IMG/VR virus record: IMGVR_UViG_3300025133_000074
Length of the DNA stretch: 64,000 nt
Reading direction: 5' to 3' (one strand)
Origin: an uncultured virus (IMG/VR IMGVR_UViG_3300025133_000074)
Taxonomy: Duplodnaviria; Heunggongvirae; Uroviricota; Caudoviricetes
In this document: positions 1-9,242 of the stretch, piece by piece
Position numbering within the stretch: the stretch's first letter is position 1
How the letters are laid out: every line of letters begins with the position of its first letter
Program-made: the position numbers and the translations under genes
Notes under the pieces: generated by a model
What the model was told of the DNA's origin: nothing
Seen by the model: only the letters and a program-made list of their open reading frames with translations
Databases searched by the model: none

Positions 1-398
1 AATATGAAGTTAATGATAAAGTTGTATTTCGATTCAACGACGTAAATGAAGTGGCTGTTATTACAAATGTAAGACAGCATAAAAAAACAATAACTGGTTA
101 TGATATCAGATCTGAAAAAGGCTCTGGATATGTACTAGTACAAGTGGATGCTAATTTAACTACCAGGCAACGTAATAAACGTGTTGAGTATCCATTAATA
201 AATTCCAAGTTAACCGCGGCTTGGATTGGTAGCGATTCCGAAACAAATTTATTTGCAAAAGAGAATGTAGGACATACTCGTCAGAATTTTACTAAAGATA
301 TGATTTTAGTTTTAGATGGCGAAGCAGGAGGCGGTGTACAACATCTAGAAAGACATAACGATTTGATATTTCCAACCCAAGGACCTAGATCATTTTAA
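1..398 (+). CDS. hypothetical protein, 5'-truncated by window
   Basis: Frame of track ORF 51..398 stays open to position 3 (YEVNDKVVFRFNDVNEVAVIT), so the true start is probably upstream of the window. Confidence 0.7.
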   Translation, partial: YEVNDKVVFRFNDVNEVAVITNVRQHKKTITGYDIRSEKGSGYVLVQVDANLTTRQRNKRVEYPLINSKLTAAWIGSDSETNLFAKENVGHTRQNFTKDMILVLDGEAGGGVQHLERHNDLIFPTQGPRSF

Positions 399-399
399 T

Positions 400-681
400 A
401 TGAATAAATTTAAAAAACGAGTACTTAAACAATTTCCAAATGCATATGTAGAATCATCTGTAAATGGATTGCGTATTATTAATAATGATGAATATTTAGC
501 TAAAGAGTTTTATATGCCAGATACCATATATGAAGATAAAGCATGGGAATATGCATCGATGGCATGTCGATTAACTCAAAATTTTAATAGAGCACATCCA
601 TTAAGAATGGACCTCAGTGATGTTGAAAATAAATTAGCTAGAATTAATCGACGTAAACGGAATGGTAGACGTGTTAAATAA
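400..681 (+). CDS. hypothetical protein
   Basis: 93-aa ORF tightly packed between neighbours. Confidence 0.7.
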   Translation: MNKFKKRVLKQFPNAYVESSVNGLRIINNDEYLAKEFYMPDTIYEDKAWEYASMACRLTQNFNRAHPLRMDLSDVENKLARINRRKRNGRRVK

Positions 682-1396
682 ATTAAAGAAAATATTTATG
701 GCAGATAAAGTCATGCCGAGAGGTAAAGAATGGCCAGATGAGCTTCAAGGAGTTCCGGTTGATGAACACTCCGGAGTATTGCCAAATGATTGGGTCCCGG
801 CTGAAGAATTAGCTCCAATAGATCAAGACCCAGGTTATTTAGAACATTCGGCTGAAGCAGTTGGTTATGGTAATCGTGAATTACAATGGAATATATATCG
901 CAGCATTGCGAATTATATACCCGAAGGGGATTCTGTTTTAGACTTTGGTTGTGCCCGCGGGGATTTTAAATTATTCCATGCTACTGATTTTAAATTTGAT
1001 ATAGATTATATTGGAATTGATATGAACGAAAATCTAATTAACGCTGGAAAAAAAGTATATGAAGATAAGGTTGATATTAGATTACAAGATTGGTTTTCGT
1101 TACCAAAAGATTTAAAACAAGATTGGAGTATAAATATAGGATCATGTAATTTAAGATATGACGCTGATATCAAAACTTCGGATAACGACTATTTACAGAA
1201 TACCATACGTACAATGTTACAACATGCCGATAAAGGAGCTGTGATATTGTTAACATCATCTGTTACAGATATCGATGATGGATTAATAAACTATGACCCA
1301 GGTTTAATTTTTAATTGGGCACAAAAAGAATTTGGAAATGTTGCATTAGATCATACGTTTTCAAATGATATATTCATATTAGTAATTTATAAATAA
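662..1396 (+). CDS. class I SAM-dependent methyltransferase
   Basis: VLDFGCARG motif I followed by YIGIDMN motif; alternative start at 698. Confidence 0.8.
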   Translation: MVDVLNKLKKIFMADKVMPRGKEWPDELQGVPVDEHSGVLPNDWVPAEELAPIDQDPGYLEHSAEAVGYGNRELQWNIYRSIANYIPEGDSVLDFGCARGDFKLFHATDFKFDIDYIGIDMNENLINAGKKVYEDKVDIRLQDWFSLPKDLKQDWSINIGSCNLRYDADIKTSDNDYLQNTIRTMLQHADKGAVILLTSSVTDIDDGLINYDPGLIFNWAQKEFGNVALDHTFSNDIFILVIYK

Positions 1397-1407
1397 AAAG
1401 CCATATT

Positions 1408-1677
1408 ATGGGAAGAGTAAACAATGCCTTTGCATACGATAAGAAGCGTAGTCAAAGAATGGGAAAATTGTATAATACAATTGATTTTAATGTAAACGAT
1501 AAAATTTCTGCAGACTTATTTGCAAAGGTCCCAGAGAAGCCAGTAGTTGGTGAATTAGAAATCGGCGGCAAATCTTTTAAAGTAACATATCAAGAGATTG
1601 ATGCAATGATGTCGACGTTACAAGAAGCTAAACGTGCTATTGAATCTAAGTATCGCTTAGGTCTTATGAACAAGTAA
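1408..1677 (+). CDS. hypothetical protein
   Basis: 89-aa ORF in operon-like packing. Confidence 0.7.
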   Translation: MGRVNNAFAYDKKRSQRMGKLYNTIDFNVNDKISADLFAKVPEKPVVGELEIGGKSFKVTYQEIDAMMSTLQEAKRAIESKYRLGLMNK

Positions 1678-1705
1678 AATTTGATATTTATTTAAAAGGA
1701 TAGAG

Positions 1706-1909
1706 ATGGCTAAATGGGCATTATATACACGTTATTCAAATGAAAATAGATCTTATGTTATGTCTATAACATTAGATACAAAGGCGGAAGCCCGGGCTTA
1801 TTTCATGGGCATTAAAAAATTAAATGCAGAACAATTTGATAATCTATATCAAATCGATACCATGGAAGAATCTAAATCAAATCCTAATAAAGGATTATTA
1901 CTTGGATAG
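1706..1909 (+). CDS. hypothetical protein
   Basis: 67 aa, preceded by ATATTTAT and AAAGGA. Confidence 0.7.
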   Translation: MAKWALYTRYSNENRSYVMSITLDTKAEARAYFMGIKKLNAEQFDNLYQIDTMEESKSNPNKGLLLG

Positions 1910-1911
1910 AT

Positions 1912-2322
1912 ATGACATTATCAGAATTAAATATTGATGAAGATATATTTGACGTTTTCTTAAACATTAATGCAACTCATAAAATTGAATTTTTATCTGA
2001 TGCGTTAGAGTTTGGTGCAGAAGCTGCGATGTTAAAACAAATTGAACGACTAGCGGCCGAATTTGAAGAACCACCTAAAATGCCTATTGTATCATCTCAA
2101 GACTTCATGTCAGGTAATTATAGATTATGTGTTACCACCCTGAAAGAAGAAATACAATTAAATTCAAATAGTCCTAAAACAATACGTAATTTTGTTTTAA
2201 AATTATTTATGGATGGTGTTATACTTACACCATTAGATATAAAAAAATCAGATATGGATATGTACCGGTATTTTAAAGCTTTCAAAGTGGAAGGCCGGTG
2301 CAATCCAATTTCTTTAAGTTAA
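1912..2322 (+). CDS. hypothetical protein
   Basis: 136-aa ORF starting 2 nt after previous stop. Confidence 0.7.
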   Translation: MTLSELNIDEDIFDVFLNINATHKIEFLSDALEFGAEAAMLKQIERLAAEFEEPPKMPIVSSQDFMSGNYRLCVTTLKEEIQLNSNSPKTIRNFVLKLFMDGVILTPLDIKKSDMDMYRYFKAFKVEGRCNPISLS

Positions 2323-2327
2323 TTGCA

Positions 2328-2567
2328 ATGACCTACCAATTTATTGATCATGGAGATCAAAAACTTTTAATCAAACGTACCTTTAAGGAGTATCAATTAA
2401 AGTCTGAATTTAATGTTGATGTATTAAATAAATGGCTTGGTACAGATATAATACTACGTAAGAATGGCATATTCTATTGCTGTGAAACAATACAAGACGC
2501 CACAATAATTGAACCGGAAGAAGTCCCGGTACTTACACAAAACTCAGGAAGTACGCAGCCATCATAA
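2328..2567 (+). CDS. hypothetical protein
   Basis: Track ORF 2298..2567; ATG at 2328 avoids overlap with the upstream gene. Confidence 0.6.
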   Translation: MTYQFIDHGDQKLLIKRTFKEYQLKSEFNVDVLNKWLGTDIILRKNGIFYCCETIQDATIIEPEEVPVLTQNSGSTQPS

Positions 2568-2610
2568 CTAATACGTACAACCCTTTCGATATTTCTACTT
2601 TTCTTTTCAT
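2533..2610 (-). CDS. putative 25-aa membrane peptide MKRKVEISKGLYVLVMMAAYFLSFV
   Basis: Translated by hand; basic N-terminus and hydrophobic C-terminus; TATATTAT box 5 nt upstream on the minus strand. Confidence 0.35.
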   Translation of the reverse strand: MKRKVEISKGLYVLVMMAAYFLSFV

Positions 2611-2702
2611 ATACTATAATATAACAATTTTTTCTTAAAGCTATATTAAATTAATATTAAGTCTATATTAAGAAACTTTTTTCAAAAAAAGCTGCCAAAA
2701 GA

Positions 2703-2734
2703 TTTGGTAGCGTGAGAACTATTTCTTATTTTTA
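2703..2734 (+). promoter_or_regulatory. Bacteroidota sigma70-like promoter TTTG-N20-TATTTTTA
   Basis: Matches -33 TTTG / -7 TAnnTTTG spacing; overlaps 9-bp hairpin 2691-2711. Confidence 0.55.
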
Positions 2735-2763
2735 TATAGTAGATAATTAATTAAAAAAGAGAT

Positions 2764-3093
2764 ATGTCAAGATTAGATTTAAACCAATTAGTAAAGATTC
2801 GAGAAATTGCTAATACAGATGATGTAGAAGTTTATGCCAATGGAATTATTAGAGAAGTTACCAATCCTTGTGTTGGTAGTTCTGAAGATGGTAAAGTGGA
2901 GAGACATGTAGAATCATTTTTAGTATTAAGATTTGGTTATTGGAAGCCTCTTCATGAAGACCAATTTAATCAGATTCAAGAGTTACTTGATAAAGTGAAT
3001 TTTAAATTAGAACTTTGGATGGATGATTGGGATGATGATTGTGGTGCAAAAGTAAGTTATAGAATTATAGATAAATATTCGAGATATGCATAA
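2764..3093 (+). CDS. hypothetical protein
   Basis: 109-aa ORF after host-type promoter. Confidence 0.7.
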   Translation: MSRLDLNQLVKIREIANTDDVEVYANGIIREVTNPCVGSSEDGKVERHVESFLVLRFGYWKPLHEDQFNQIQELLDKVNFKLELWMDDWDDDCGAKVSYRIIDKYSRYA

Positions 3094-4381
3094 AGATTTA
3101 CAACGATTACAAGATTTTGTAGCCAAAATGAAGGCTACTTCTTCTCTTAATGAGAAAAAGGTTATTATTGGTACTATTAAGAACGATGAGTTCATTAAAC
3201 GGGCCTTAAAATACGCCTACGACCCTTATAAGAAGTACTATGTTACTTCTGCTACTTGCAAGAAAAGATCTGATTTATATAGTCTTCCGGTCTTCGATGA
3301 TCTGTTCTGTATATTAGACGATTTGAATGGTAGGTATGTCACCGGTCATGAAGCAATTGGATTAGTAAATGGGTTTATTAAAGAACAAGATGAGCAATTT
3401 GAAGATCTAATTTTTTCAATTATTGATCGTAATTTAGAACTTCGTGCTTCTGCCTCAGTTATCAATAAAGTTATTCCTGGATTAATTCCAACCTTTGATG
3501 TTGCCTTAGCTAATAAGTTTGATCCTAAACGAGCTGATTGGAACGATGTATGGTTAGCATCTCGTAAGTTAGATGGTGTACGATGTATTACAATTGTCGA
3601 TATACAAGGTAATGTTAAATGCTATTCACGTCAAGGTAATGAGTTTGAAACATTGAATGTGGTACGAGAGGCTGTTAAACAAATGGGACTTCGTGGTGTT
3701 GTATTTGATGGAGAGATTTGTTTAATGGACAAGGATGGTAATGAAGATTTTCCAGGTATCATGAAACAAATTAAAAGAAAGAATCATACTATTGAGAATC
3801 CTCGATATGTAATGTTTGATTACTTAACTTTATCAGAATTTGATGATAAGACAAGTGAAATGGTGTTAACCGGTAGATTAGGTAGATTTGCTAAGATTGC
3901 ATCATATATAGAAAGTTCTATATATTTAAGTGTATTAAATCAGGCAGTAGTTAATGATGATGATCATTTCGCTAAATTAAGTGCAGAAGCAGAAGAGTTA
4001 GGACATGAAGGTCTTATGGTAAGAAAGAATGTTGGTTATGAAGGTAAGAGGACTCAAAACTTATTGAAAGTTAAAAAGTTCCATGATGCAGAATACCAAG
4101 TTATAGATTTAGATTTTGAAAACCACCGCGTCATCCGAGAAGGAAAGGAAGTTGTGATGCCAATGCTTGCTCAGGTATGGATCGAGCATAAAGGTTATAA
4201 GGTAGCAGTTGGGTCTGGATGGAACCAAGAACAACGAATTCGGTACCAAAAGAATCCTTCCGAGTTAATCGGCAAAACAATTACCGTTCAGTACTTTGAA
4301 GAGACTAAGAATCAGCAAGGAGGTCTTTCGTTAAGATTTCCTACCGTTAAGCATGTCTTTGAAAATGGAAGAAATGTTTAG
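3086..4381 (+). CDS. lig: ATP-dependent DNA ligase
   Basis: Motif I KLDGVR, FDGE, EGLMVR, LLKVK and C-terminal OB-fold LRFP. Confidence 0.95.
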   Translation: MHKDLQRLQDFVAKMKATSSLNEKKVIIGTIKNDEFIKRALKYAYDPYKKYYVTSATCKKRSDLYSLPVFDDLFCILDDLNGRYVTGHEAIGLVNGFIKEQDEQFEDLIFSIIDRNLELRASASVINKVIPGLIPTFDVALANKFDPKRADWNDVWLASRKLDGVRCITIVDIQGNVKCYSRQGNEFETLNVVREAVKQMGLRGVVFDGEICLMDKDGNEDFPGIMKQIKRKNHTIENPRYVMFDYLTLSEFDDKTSEMVLTGRLGRFAKIASYIESSIYLSVLNQAVVNDDDHFAKLSAEAEELGHEGLMVRKNVGYEGKRTQNLLKVKKFHDAEYQVIDLDFENHRVIREGKEVVMPMLAQVWIEHKGYKVAVGSGWNQEQRIRYQKNPSELIGKTITVQYFEETKNQQGGLSLRFPTVKHVFENGRNV

Positions 4382-4443
4382 GAACTTTGAGATAAATTTT
4401 ATATATTAATTTGATATTTATATAATAATAAAAAGGTTTTACT

Positions 4444-4617
4444 ATGAAAGATAGAGAAAATGTGTTAAAACAAATAGACGAAGTCGATAATATGATTATG
4501 ATTTTCGATCAAGCTGTTAGAAATGGCAATGCCATTGATCCGTTAGAAGCCAGAAACAGATTTAATATCATTCGACAAAAATTAAAGTTTGTGACTGACC
4601 GCGTAACTGCAAGTTAA
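4444..4617 (+). CDS. hypothetical protein (57 aa, absent from track)
   Basis: MKDRENVLKQIDEVDNMIMIFDQAVRNG...VTAS; preceded by ATATTTAT (4414) and AAAGG; ends 2 nt before next ORF. Confidence 0.7.
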   Translation: MKDRENVLKQIDEVDNMIMIFDQAVRNGNAIDPLEARNRFNIIRQKLKFVTDRVTAS

Positions 4618-4619
4618 AT

Positions 4620-5756
4620 ATGAAACGTAAATTACTTCCAATTGTTATAGCATTATCTGCTTTAGCAGTGTCAACCTCTGCAGCATATTATTCAGTATTT
4701 GGATTAAGTAAATTATTTGCCGGAGCTAGTACACAAGTAATTATAATGGCAAGTTCTTTAGAATTCGCAAAACTAGTCGTAGCATCTTTATTATATCAGT
4801 ATTGGAATAGCATTAATAAAATACTACGGATATATCTTTCTATATCCGTTGGCGTATTAATATTAATAACATCAGGTGGTATTTATGGATATCTTTCCGG
4901 AGCATATCAAGAAACGGCAACCGAATCTGATTATCTAGATCAACAAATTGCAATTATAGATCAGAGACGTACTCGATTTGAGGAACAAAGAGTTGATTTA
5001 AAACAATCTGTTATAACTTGGTCAGAGGCTTTAAGTAATCCAGTAAAGATACAGTATGTAGATAAAGAAACTGGACAATTAGTTGAAACAACATCATCAC
5101 GTCAACGTAAATTGTTACAGTCACAATTACAAGAAGCAAAAACTAATTTAAATACAGTAACTGATTCTATTGCAAAATTAGATATAGAAATATTAGAACA
5201 ACGAATAGGAAATGATACTGCCCGTGAATTAGGACCTTTAAAGTATCTATCTAATTTATTAGATGTAGAAATGGATAAAATTATTAATTGGTTTTTACTA
5301 TTAATTATTTTTGTATTTGATCCATTAGCTATATCAATGGTAATTGCAGCTAATTTTGCATTTAATCAACTTAAACCTAAAGATAAAAAAGAAGATTATT
5401 TTAAAGCACGTAATAGAGAATTGGAACGTAGAGTAGAATGTAGTATACCGGAAGGTGCTGAATGGGGTGTTTCATATTCTCTTAAAGATAACGATCATTT
5501 TGATTCTGCATATGTTGATGAATTACAACATTGGATAAAAGACGAAAGAACTAGTTCTATGAATATAACAGAAGAAGATGAAGCACGTATGGATGTAATT
5601 GGCCAGAATGGAAATGACGGATTGCATTATGAAAAAGAAGTTATAATTTCTGATCCGGAAGACAAAATAGAACATATAGAGAAAGATATATATAACGAAA
5701 AAGAAAAGAAAAAGGATTCACCTAATAATAAACGTGGTGGTGGATATTGGTTTTAA
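4620..5756 (+). CDS. membrane protein with coiled-coil region
   Basis: Three N-terminal hydrophobic helices, coiled coil, further TM segment (LLIIFVFDPLAI). Confidence 0.75.
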   Translation: MKRKLLPIVIALSALAVSTSAAYYSVFGLSKLFAGASTQVIIMASSLEFAKLVVASLLYQYWNSINKILRIYLSISVGVLILITSGGIYGYLSGAYQETATESDYLDQQIAIIDQRRTRFEEQRVDLKQSVITWSEALSNPVKIQYVDKETGQLVETTSSRQRKLLQSQLQEAKTNLNTVTDSIAKLDIEILEQRIGNDTARELGPLKYLSNLLDVEMDKIINWFLLLIIFVFDPLAISMVIAANFAFNQLKPKDKKEDYFKARNRELERRVECSIPEGAEWGVSYSLKDNDHFDSAYVDELQHWIKDERTSSMNITEEDEARMDVIGQNGNDGLHYEKEVIISDPEDKIEHIEKDIYNEKEKKKDSPNNKRGGGYWF

Positions 5757-5773
5757 ATAATAAATAAACAATT

Positions 5774-6307
5774 ATGGCTAGAAGAAAAAAAGTTACGTAC
5801 GATTTTAAATCTCGCACTCGCGATGGACAACGAGAAATGATTTGCAGAAATAGTATTACAGATGAATCATATTTTGCATGGGAACATTTGAAATCTCTCA
5901 ATCGTTGTAAACAATGGGTTAAAGTTACCGAAAATACAACTGCAGTATTATGTTCTAAATGTACTGGTAAAACTGTTCCTCCTCCGGAAATGAGAAAAGG
6001 ATATGTTTCTAAAGGACGTCCTCGGGGATGGCAGTTTATGAAAGAATTTGTCGATAAAGATGGTAATGTGTTTCATAAAGGCGTTAAACAAACTAAACTT
6101 AAAGGTACTCGTCCTGTTACAAAAATAGAACCTAAACAAATTAAACGTAAATTATCTAAAGGCGAAAAGGCTAATTTAGAGCAGTCTATATTACAACAAA
6201 TGGCGATGGTTAGAGGTCAGGTAAAGAAGGCTCATTTTAAAAAGGATATCAAATCGGGGCAATCACAATTAAAACGTTTAGAACGCCAATTGAAAAAGAT
6301 TCGATAA
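5774..6307 (+). CDS. basic hypothetical protein, possible zinc ribbon
   Basis: Lys/Arg rich; Cys residues including LCSKC. Confidence 0.7.
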   Translation: MARRKKVTYDFKSRTRDGQREMICRNSITDESYFAWEHLKSLNRCKQWVKVTENTTAVLCSKCTGKTVPPPEMRKGYVSKGRPRGWQFMKEFVDKDGNVFHKGVKQTKLKGTRPVTKIEPKQIKRKLSKGEKANLEQSILQQMAMVRGQVKKAHFKKDIKSGQSQLKRLERQLKKIR

Positions 6308-6310
6308 TCT

Positions 6311-6341
6311 TTTGATCTACGAAAAAAATTCTTTATATTTA
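6311..6341 (+). promoter_or_regulatory. Bacteroidota sigma70-like promoter TTTG-N19-TATATTTA
   Basis: Consensus spacing, intergenic, upstream of clpP. Confidence 0.6.
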
Positions 6342-6363
6342 ATAAATTAATAAAAGGTAATAG

Positions 6364-6978
6364 ATGAGTATATACGATGAAAAGGCGGCGCGTCCGGAAC
6401 TGCCTATCGAAGAAAATAAAGGAAATGGCTCATTATATGAAGCCTTGCATAATCAATTAGCAACATTAGTTGATTATAATGATTCGATAATATTTCTTAA
6501 TGATGAGATAAATGATAATACATTGACAGATTTAATTATTCGTATGCGTAGTTTATTACAAAACCGCGAAGATAAAAAGGCACCTGTTAATTTAATGATA
6601 AATTCACCAGGTGGTGACGTTCATGAAATGTTAGGAATTATTGACTATATCGAATCTTTAGAAGTACCAGTAAATACGATTTGTAGAGGTAGAGCCTTTT
6701 CAGCAGCAGCAATTATATTAGCATGTGGTACTGGGTCACGGATGATGAGTAAACGATCGACTGTAATGTTTCATCAATCATCAAGTTTCTTAGGTGGCAA
6801 GATGAGCGATATATCGGCGTATTTAGATAATGTCAAGAATATAGAAAAGACTATATATGATATATTAGCAGATAAAACAAATAAAGATCAGGTATGGTGG
6901 AAAGATAATATGAAATCAGATTTATATTTAACCGCGGAACAATTAAAAGAATATAACGTAATTGATACAATAATATGA
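6364..6978 (+). CDS. clpP: ClpP-like ATP-dependent protease proteolytic subunit
   Basis: INSPGGDV, catalytic-Ser context AFSAAAIILACG, MFHQ His, D-x-Y-L-T-A-E-Q...VID tail. Confidence 0.9.
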   Translation: MSIYDEKAARPELPIEENKGNGSLYEALHNQLATLVDYNDSIIFLNDEINDNTLTDLIIRMRSLLQNREDKKAPVNLMINSPGGDVHEMLGIIDYIESLEVPVNTICRGRAFSAAAIILACGTGSRMMSKRSTVMFHQSSSFLGGKMSDISAYLDNVKNIEKTIYDILADKTNKDQVWWKDNMKSDLYLTAEQLKEYNVIDTII

Positions 6979-7718
6979 AATTAACAGCTGACCAAATAGC
7001 ACAAAATTGGGACGAATTATTAAACGTCATTAAAACAGAATTTACAGGAACACGTAAAGATAAGTTATTATCAATGTATACTGATATGGAAGATAGAATG
7101 GCATTAGCGCCGGCTTCTTCTTATAGCCACTTTCATAATGCCTTTCCAGGAGGATATGTAGAACATGTATTACGCGTAATTAAATGTGCAAAAAAAGTAT
7201 ATACATTATGGACAGATATGGAAGCAGATATGTCCGGCTATACACATGAAGAGCTTATCTTTACTGCGTTAAATCATGATATTGGTAAAATGGGATTTCC
7301 TGGTGATGGTAATGAGATATATCAAATTAATGATTCTGAATGGCATAGGAAGAACCAAGGTAGAGAATATAAGATTAATCCTAATAACCCATTTACATTA
7401 GTAAATGATTTATCTATTTGGTTATTGCAACATTATGGAATAGAAATATCCTGGAATGAAATGTTAGGTATTAAATTAACAGACGGATTATATGACGATT
7501 CAAATAAACCATATTTCATATCTAGATCATCAGATGCTAAATTAAAAACAAATTTAGGATATATAATGCACCAAGCCGATGGCATGGCTGCCAGAATTGA
7601 ATATGAGCGTTGGAATAATAATAAACCAATTACTACAAATGCTCCCAAAAAGAAAATAACTAGCCCGCAGACACAAATTAATGCTAATAAAATGTTTAAC
7701 GACTTATTCGGAGAATAA
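6975..7718 (+). CDS. HD-domain phosphohydrolase
   Basis: HNAFPGGYVEH, HDIGK and HQAD motifs. Confidence 0.85.
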   Translation: MKLTADQIAQNWDELLNVIKTEFTGTRKDKLLSMYTDMEDRMALAPASSYSHFHNAFPGGYVEHVLRVIKCAKKVYTLWTDMEADMSGYTHEELIFTALNHDIGKMGFPGDGNEIYQINDSEWHRKNQGREYKINPNNPFTLVNDLSIWLLQHYGIEISWNEMLGIKLTDGLYDDSNKPYFISRSSDAKLKTNLGYIMHQADGMAARIEYERWNNNKPITTNAPKKKITSPQTQINANKMFNDLFGE

Positions 7719-7719
7719 T

Positions 7720-8004
7720 ATGGTAACAACTATTATAATATTATCAGTACTATTAATTACTTCGGTATTGATAAATTTCAATCAAATCCGAAAACAAGAA
7801 GCACATGAAGAATATATAGATGAGTTAGAAAATTCTAATACAGAATATTATCAATTTTTCAATACATTAAAATCACGTATGAATGAATCTAATTCTAAAT
7901 TAAAACAAATCGATAGATTAGGTTCATTTGAAGCGGATGATGAAACTGGGTTTATATTTACCGAGTTACGTGATATTATAGATGATCTTAATAAAGGATT
8001 TTAA
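7720..8004 (+). CDS. membrane-anchored coiled-coil protein
   Basis: Start moved from 7681 to ATG 7720 (GGAG upstream); N-terminal TM helix. Confidence 0.7.
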   Translation: MVTTIIILSVLLITSVLINFNQIRKQEAHEEYIDELENSNTEYYQFFNTLKSRMNESNSKLKQIDRLGSFEADDETGFIFTELRDIIDDLNKGF

Positions 8005-8789
8005 TGGAAGAGCTGAGCCCTGTTGATAAATTTTACGAATGGCTAGCCGCAGAAGAAGCGGATATTGAAGCTAACGGTCCTAAAAAACGTAGAGGACGAA
8101 AGCCAACTAAAAATATGTATTTTACATATATGACAGATAAAGCAATTGTTGCTTATAATAATGAATCTAGTTATGCAAAGCGAAATAAAGTATTTCGCGA
8201 ACATATTAATTATCCATTTAATAAATTAGTTGAAAATATATATCATACATTTCGATTTTCATATTTCGATGTACCATATGAAGATATTAAAGCCGAGGTA
8301 GTAGCCTTTTTAACAGAAAAAATTGGAAAATACCAAGAAGGTAAAGGAAAAGCTTTTTCTTATTTTTCTATAGTTGCTAAAAATTATCTTATTATACAAA
8401 ATAACTCAAATTATGCTAAAATGAAATTGCGGACTGATACTACTGAAATCGATGGTAATAGAAATGTTACTGCCGAAGTAGCATTATCTGATCATCAAGA
8501 CTCGTTACGAGATTTTACCAATTTATGGGTTGATTGGTATGATAAAAATATGAATACAATTTTTTATAATAAACGTGATATTATAGTAGCTGATACAATT
8601 CTAGAATTGTTCCGGATTCGTGAAAATATAGAAAACTTTAATAAAAAGGCGTTATATATTTTAATACGAGAACGTACAGGCCTTAAAACTCAGAATATTA
8701 CTAAAGTATTAAATATCATGAAACGTGATTATATGAAAATGTATGCAGTATACCGTAAGTCCGGCCATATAATCAATATAATTAATTAA
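8004..8789 (+). CDS. phage sigma factor, T4 gp55-like (putative late sigma)
   Basis: Sigma region 2-like segment EDIKAEVVAFLTEKIGKYQEGKGKAFSYFSIVAKNYL. Confidence 0.65.
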   Translation: MEELSPVDKFYEWLAAEEADIEANGPKKRRGRKPTKNMYFTYMTDKAIVAYNNESSYAKRNKVFREHINYPFNKLVENIYHTFRFSYFDVPYEDIKAEVVAFLTEKIGKYQEGKGKAFSYFSIVAKNYLIIQNNSNYAKMKLRTDTTEIDGNRNVTAEVALSDHQDSLRDFTNLWVDWYDKNMNTIFYNKRDIIVADTILELFRIRENIENFNKKALYILIRERTGLKTQNITKVLNIMKRDYMKMYAVYRKSGHIINIIN

Positions 8790-8794
8790 TCCTT

Positions 8795-8802
8795 ATATTT
8801 AT
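8795..8802 (+). promoter_or_regulatory. putative late promoter ATATTTAT
   Basis: Representative of 13 intergenic copies (1684, 4414, 8795, 10805, 19385, 23096, 27705, 34897, 37385, 41613, 43544, 50108, 50816), each shortly upstream of a start codon. Confidence 0.6.
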
Positions 8803-8816
8803 ATAAAAGGATTATC

Positions 8817-9242
8817 ATGAGTGCAGAATTCGAGTTATTTAATGGAACAAATTTTTCTGATTTGATGCGTGATATATATCATAACTCGAAAAAGAAAGAT
8901 AGACAAATACAAGGCCTTATTAAAGAATTACAGCCATTAATAAAAAATACCGGCGATGCCACTGTATTAGTTCCTATGATAAAAGATTATTTAGAAATAT
9001 CTGTAAAAAATGATGATGCCTTAGTTAAATTAGCAGCAGTTGTGCAACGGCTAGTATCAGCTAGTAATAAAGAATCGGAAGATAATGAGTTCGGTTTATC
9101 TGATGAAGAACGTCGACGATTATTAGAAGAAGCCGAATCAGAAGTTAAAAAATTGCAAGCAAATAGCAAGGAACTGGATAGTGAACAACATCAATCTACA
9201 GATAGGTCAAGTAATACAGACCTCGAATCCAACTCAGTTTGA
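8817..9242 (+). CDS. hypothetical helical protein
   Basis: 141 aa, preceded by ATATTTAT and AAAAGGA. Confidence 0.75.
   Translation: MSAEFELFNGTNFSDLMRDIYHNSKKKDRQIQGLIKELQPLIKNTGDATVLVPMIKDYLEISVKNDDALVKLAAVVQRLVSASNKESEDNEFGLSDEERRRLLEEAESEVKKLQANSKELDSEQHQSTDRSSNTDLESNSV

Noticed and set aside
692..699. ATATTTAT copy overlapping ATG 698
   Set aside because: Overlaps coding sequence or the start codon itself; likely chance in AT-rich DNA
8817..9242. Possible terminase small subunit
   Set aside because: Helical and late-type, but no recognisable motif and far from terL; left as hypothetical
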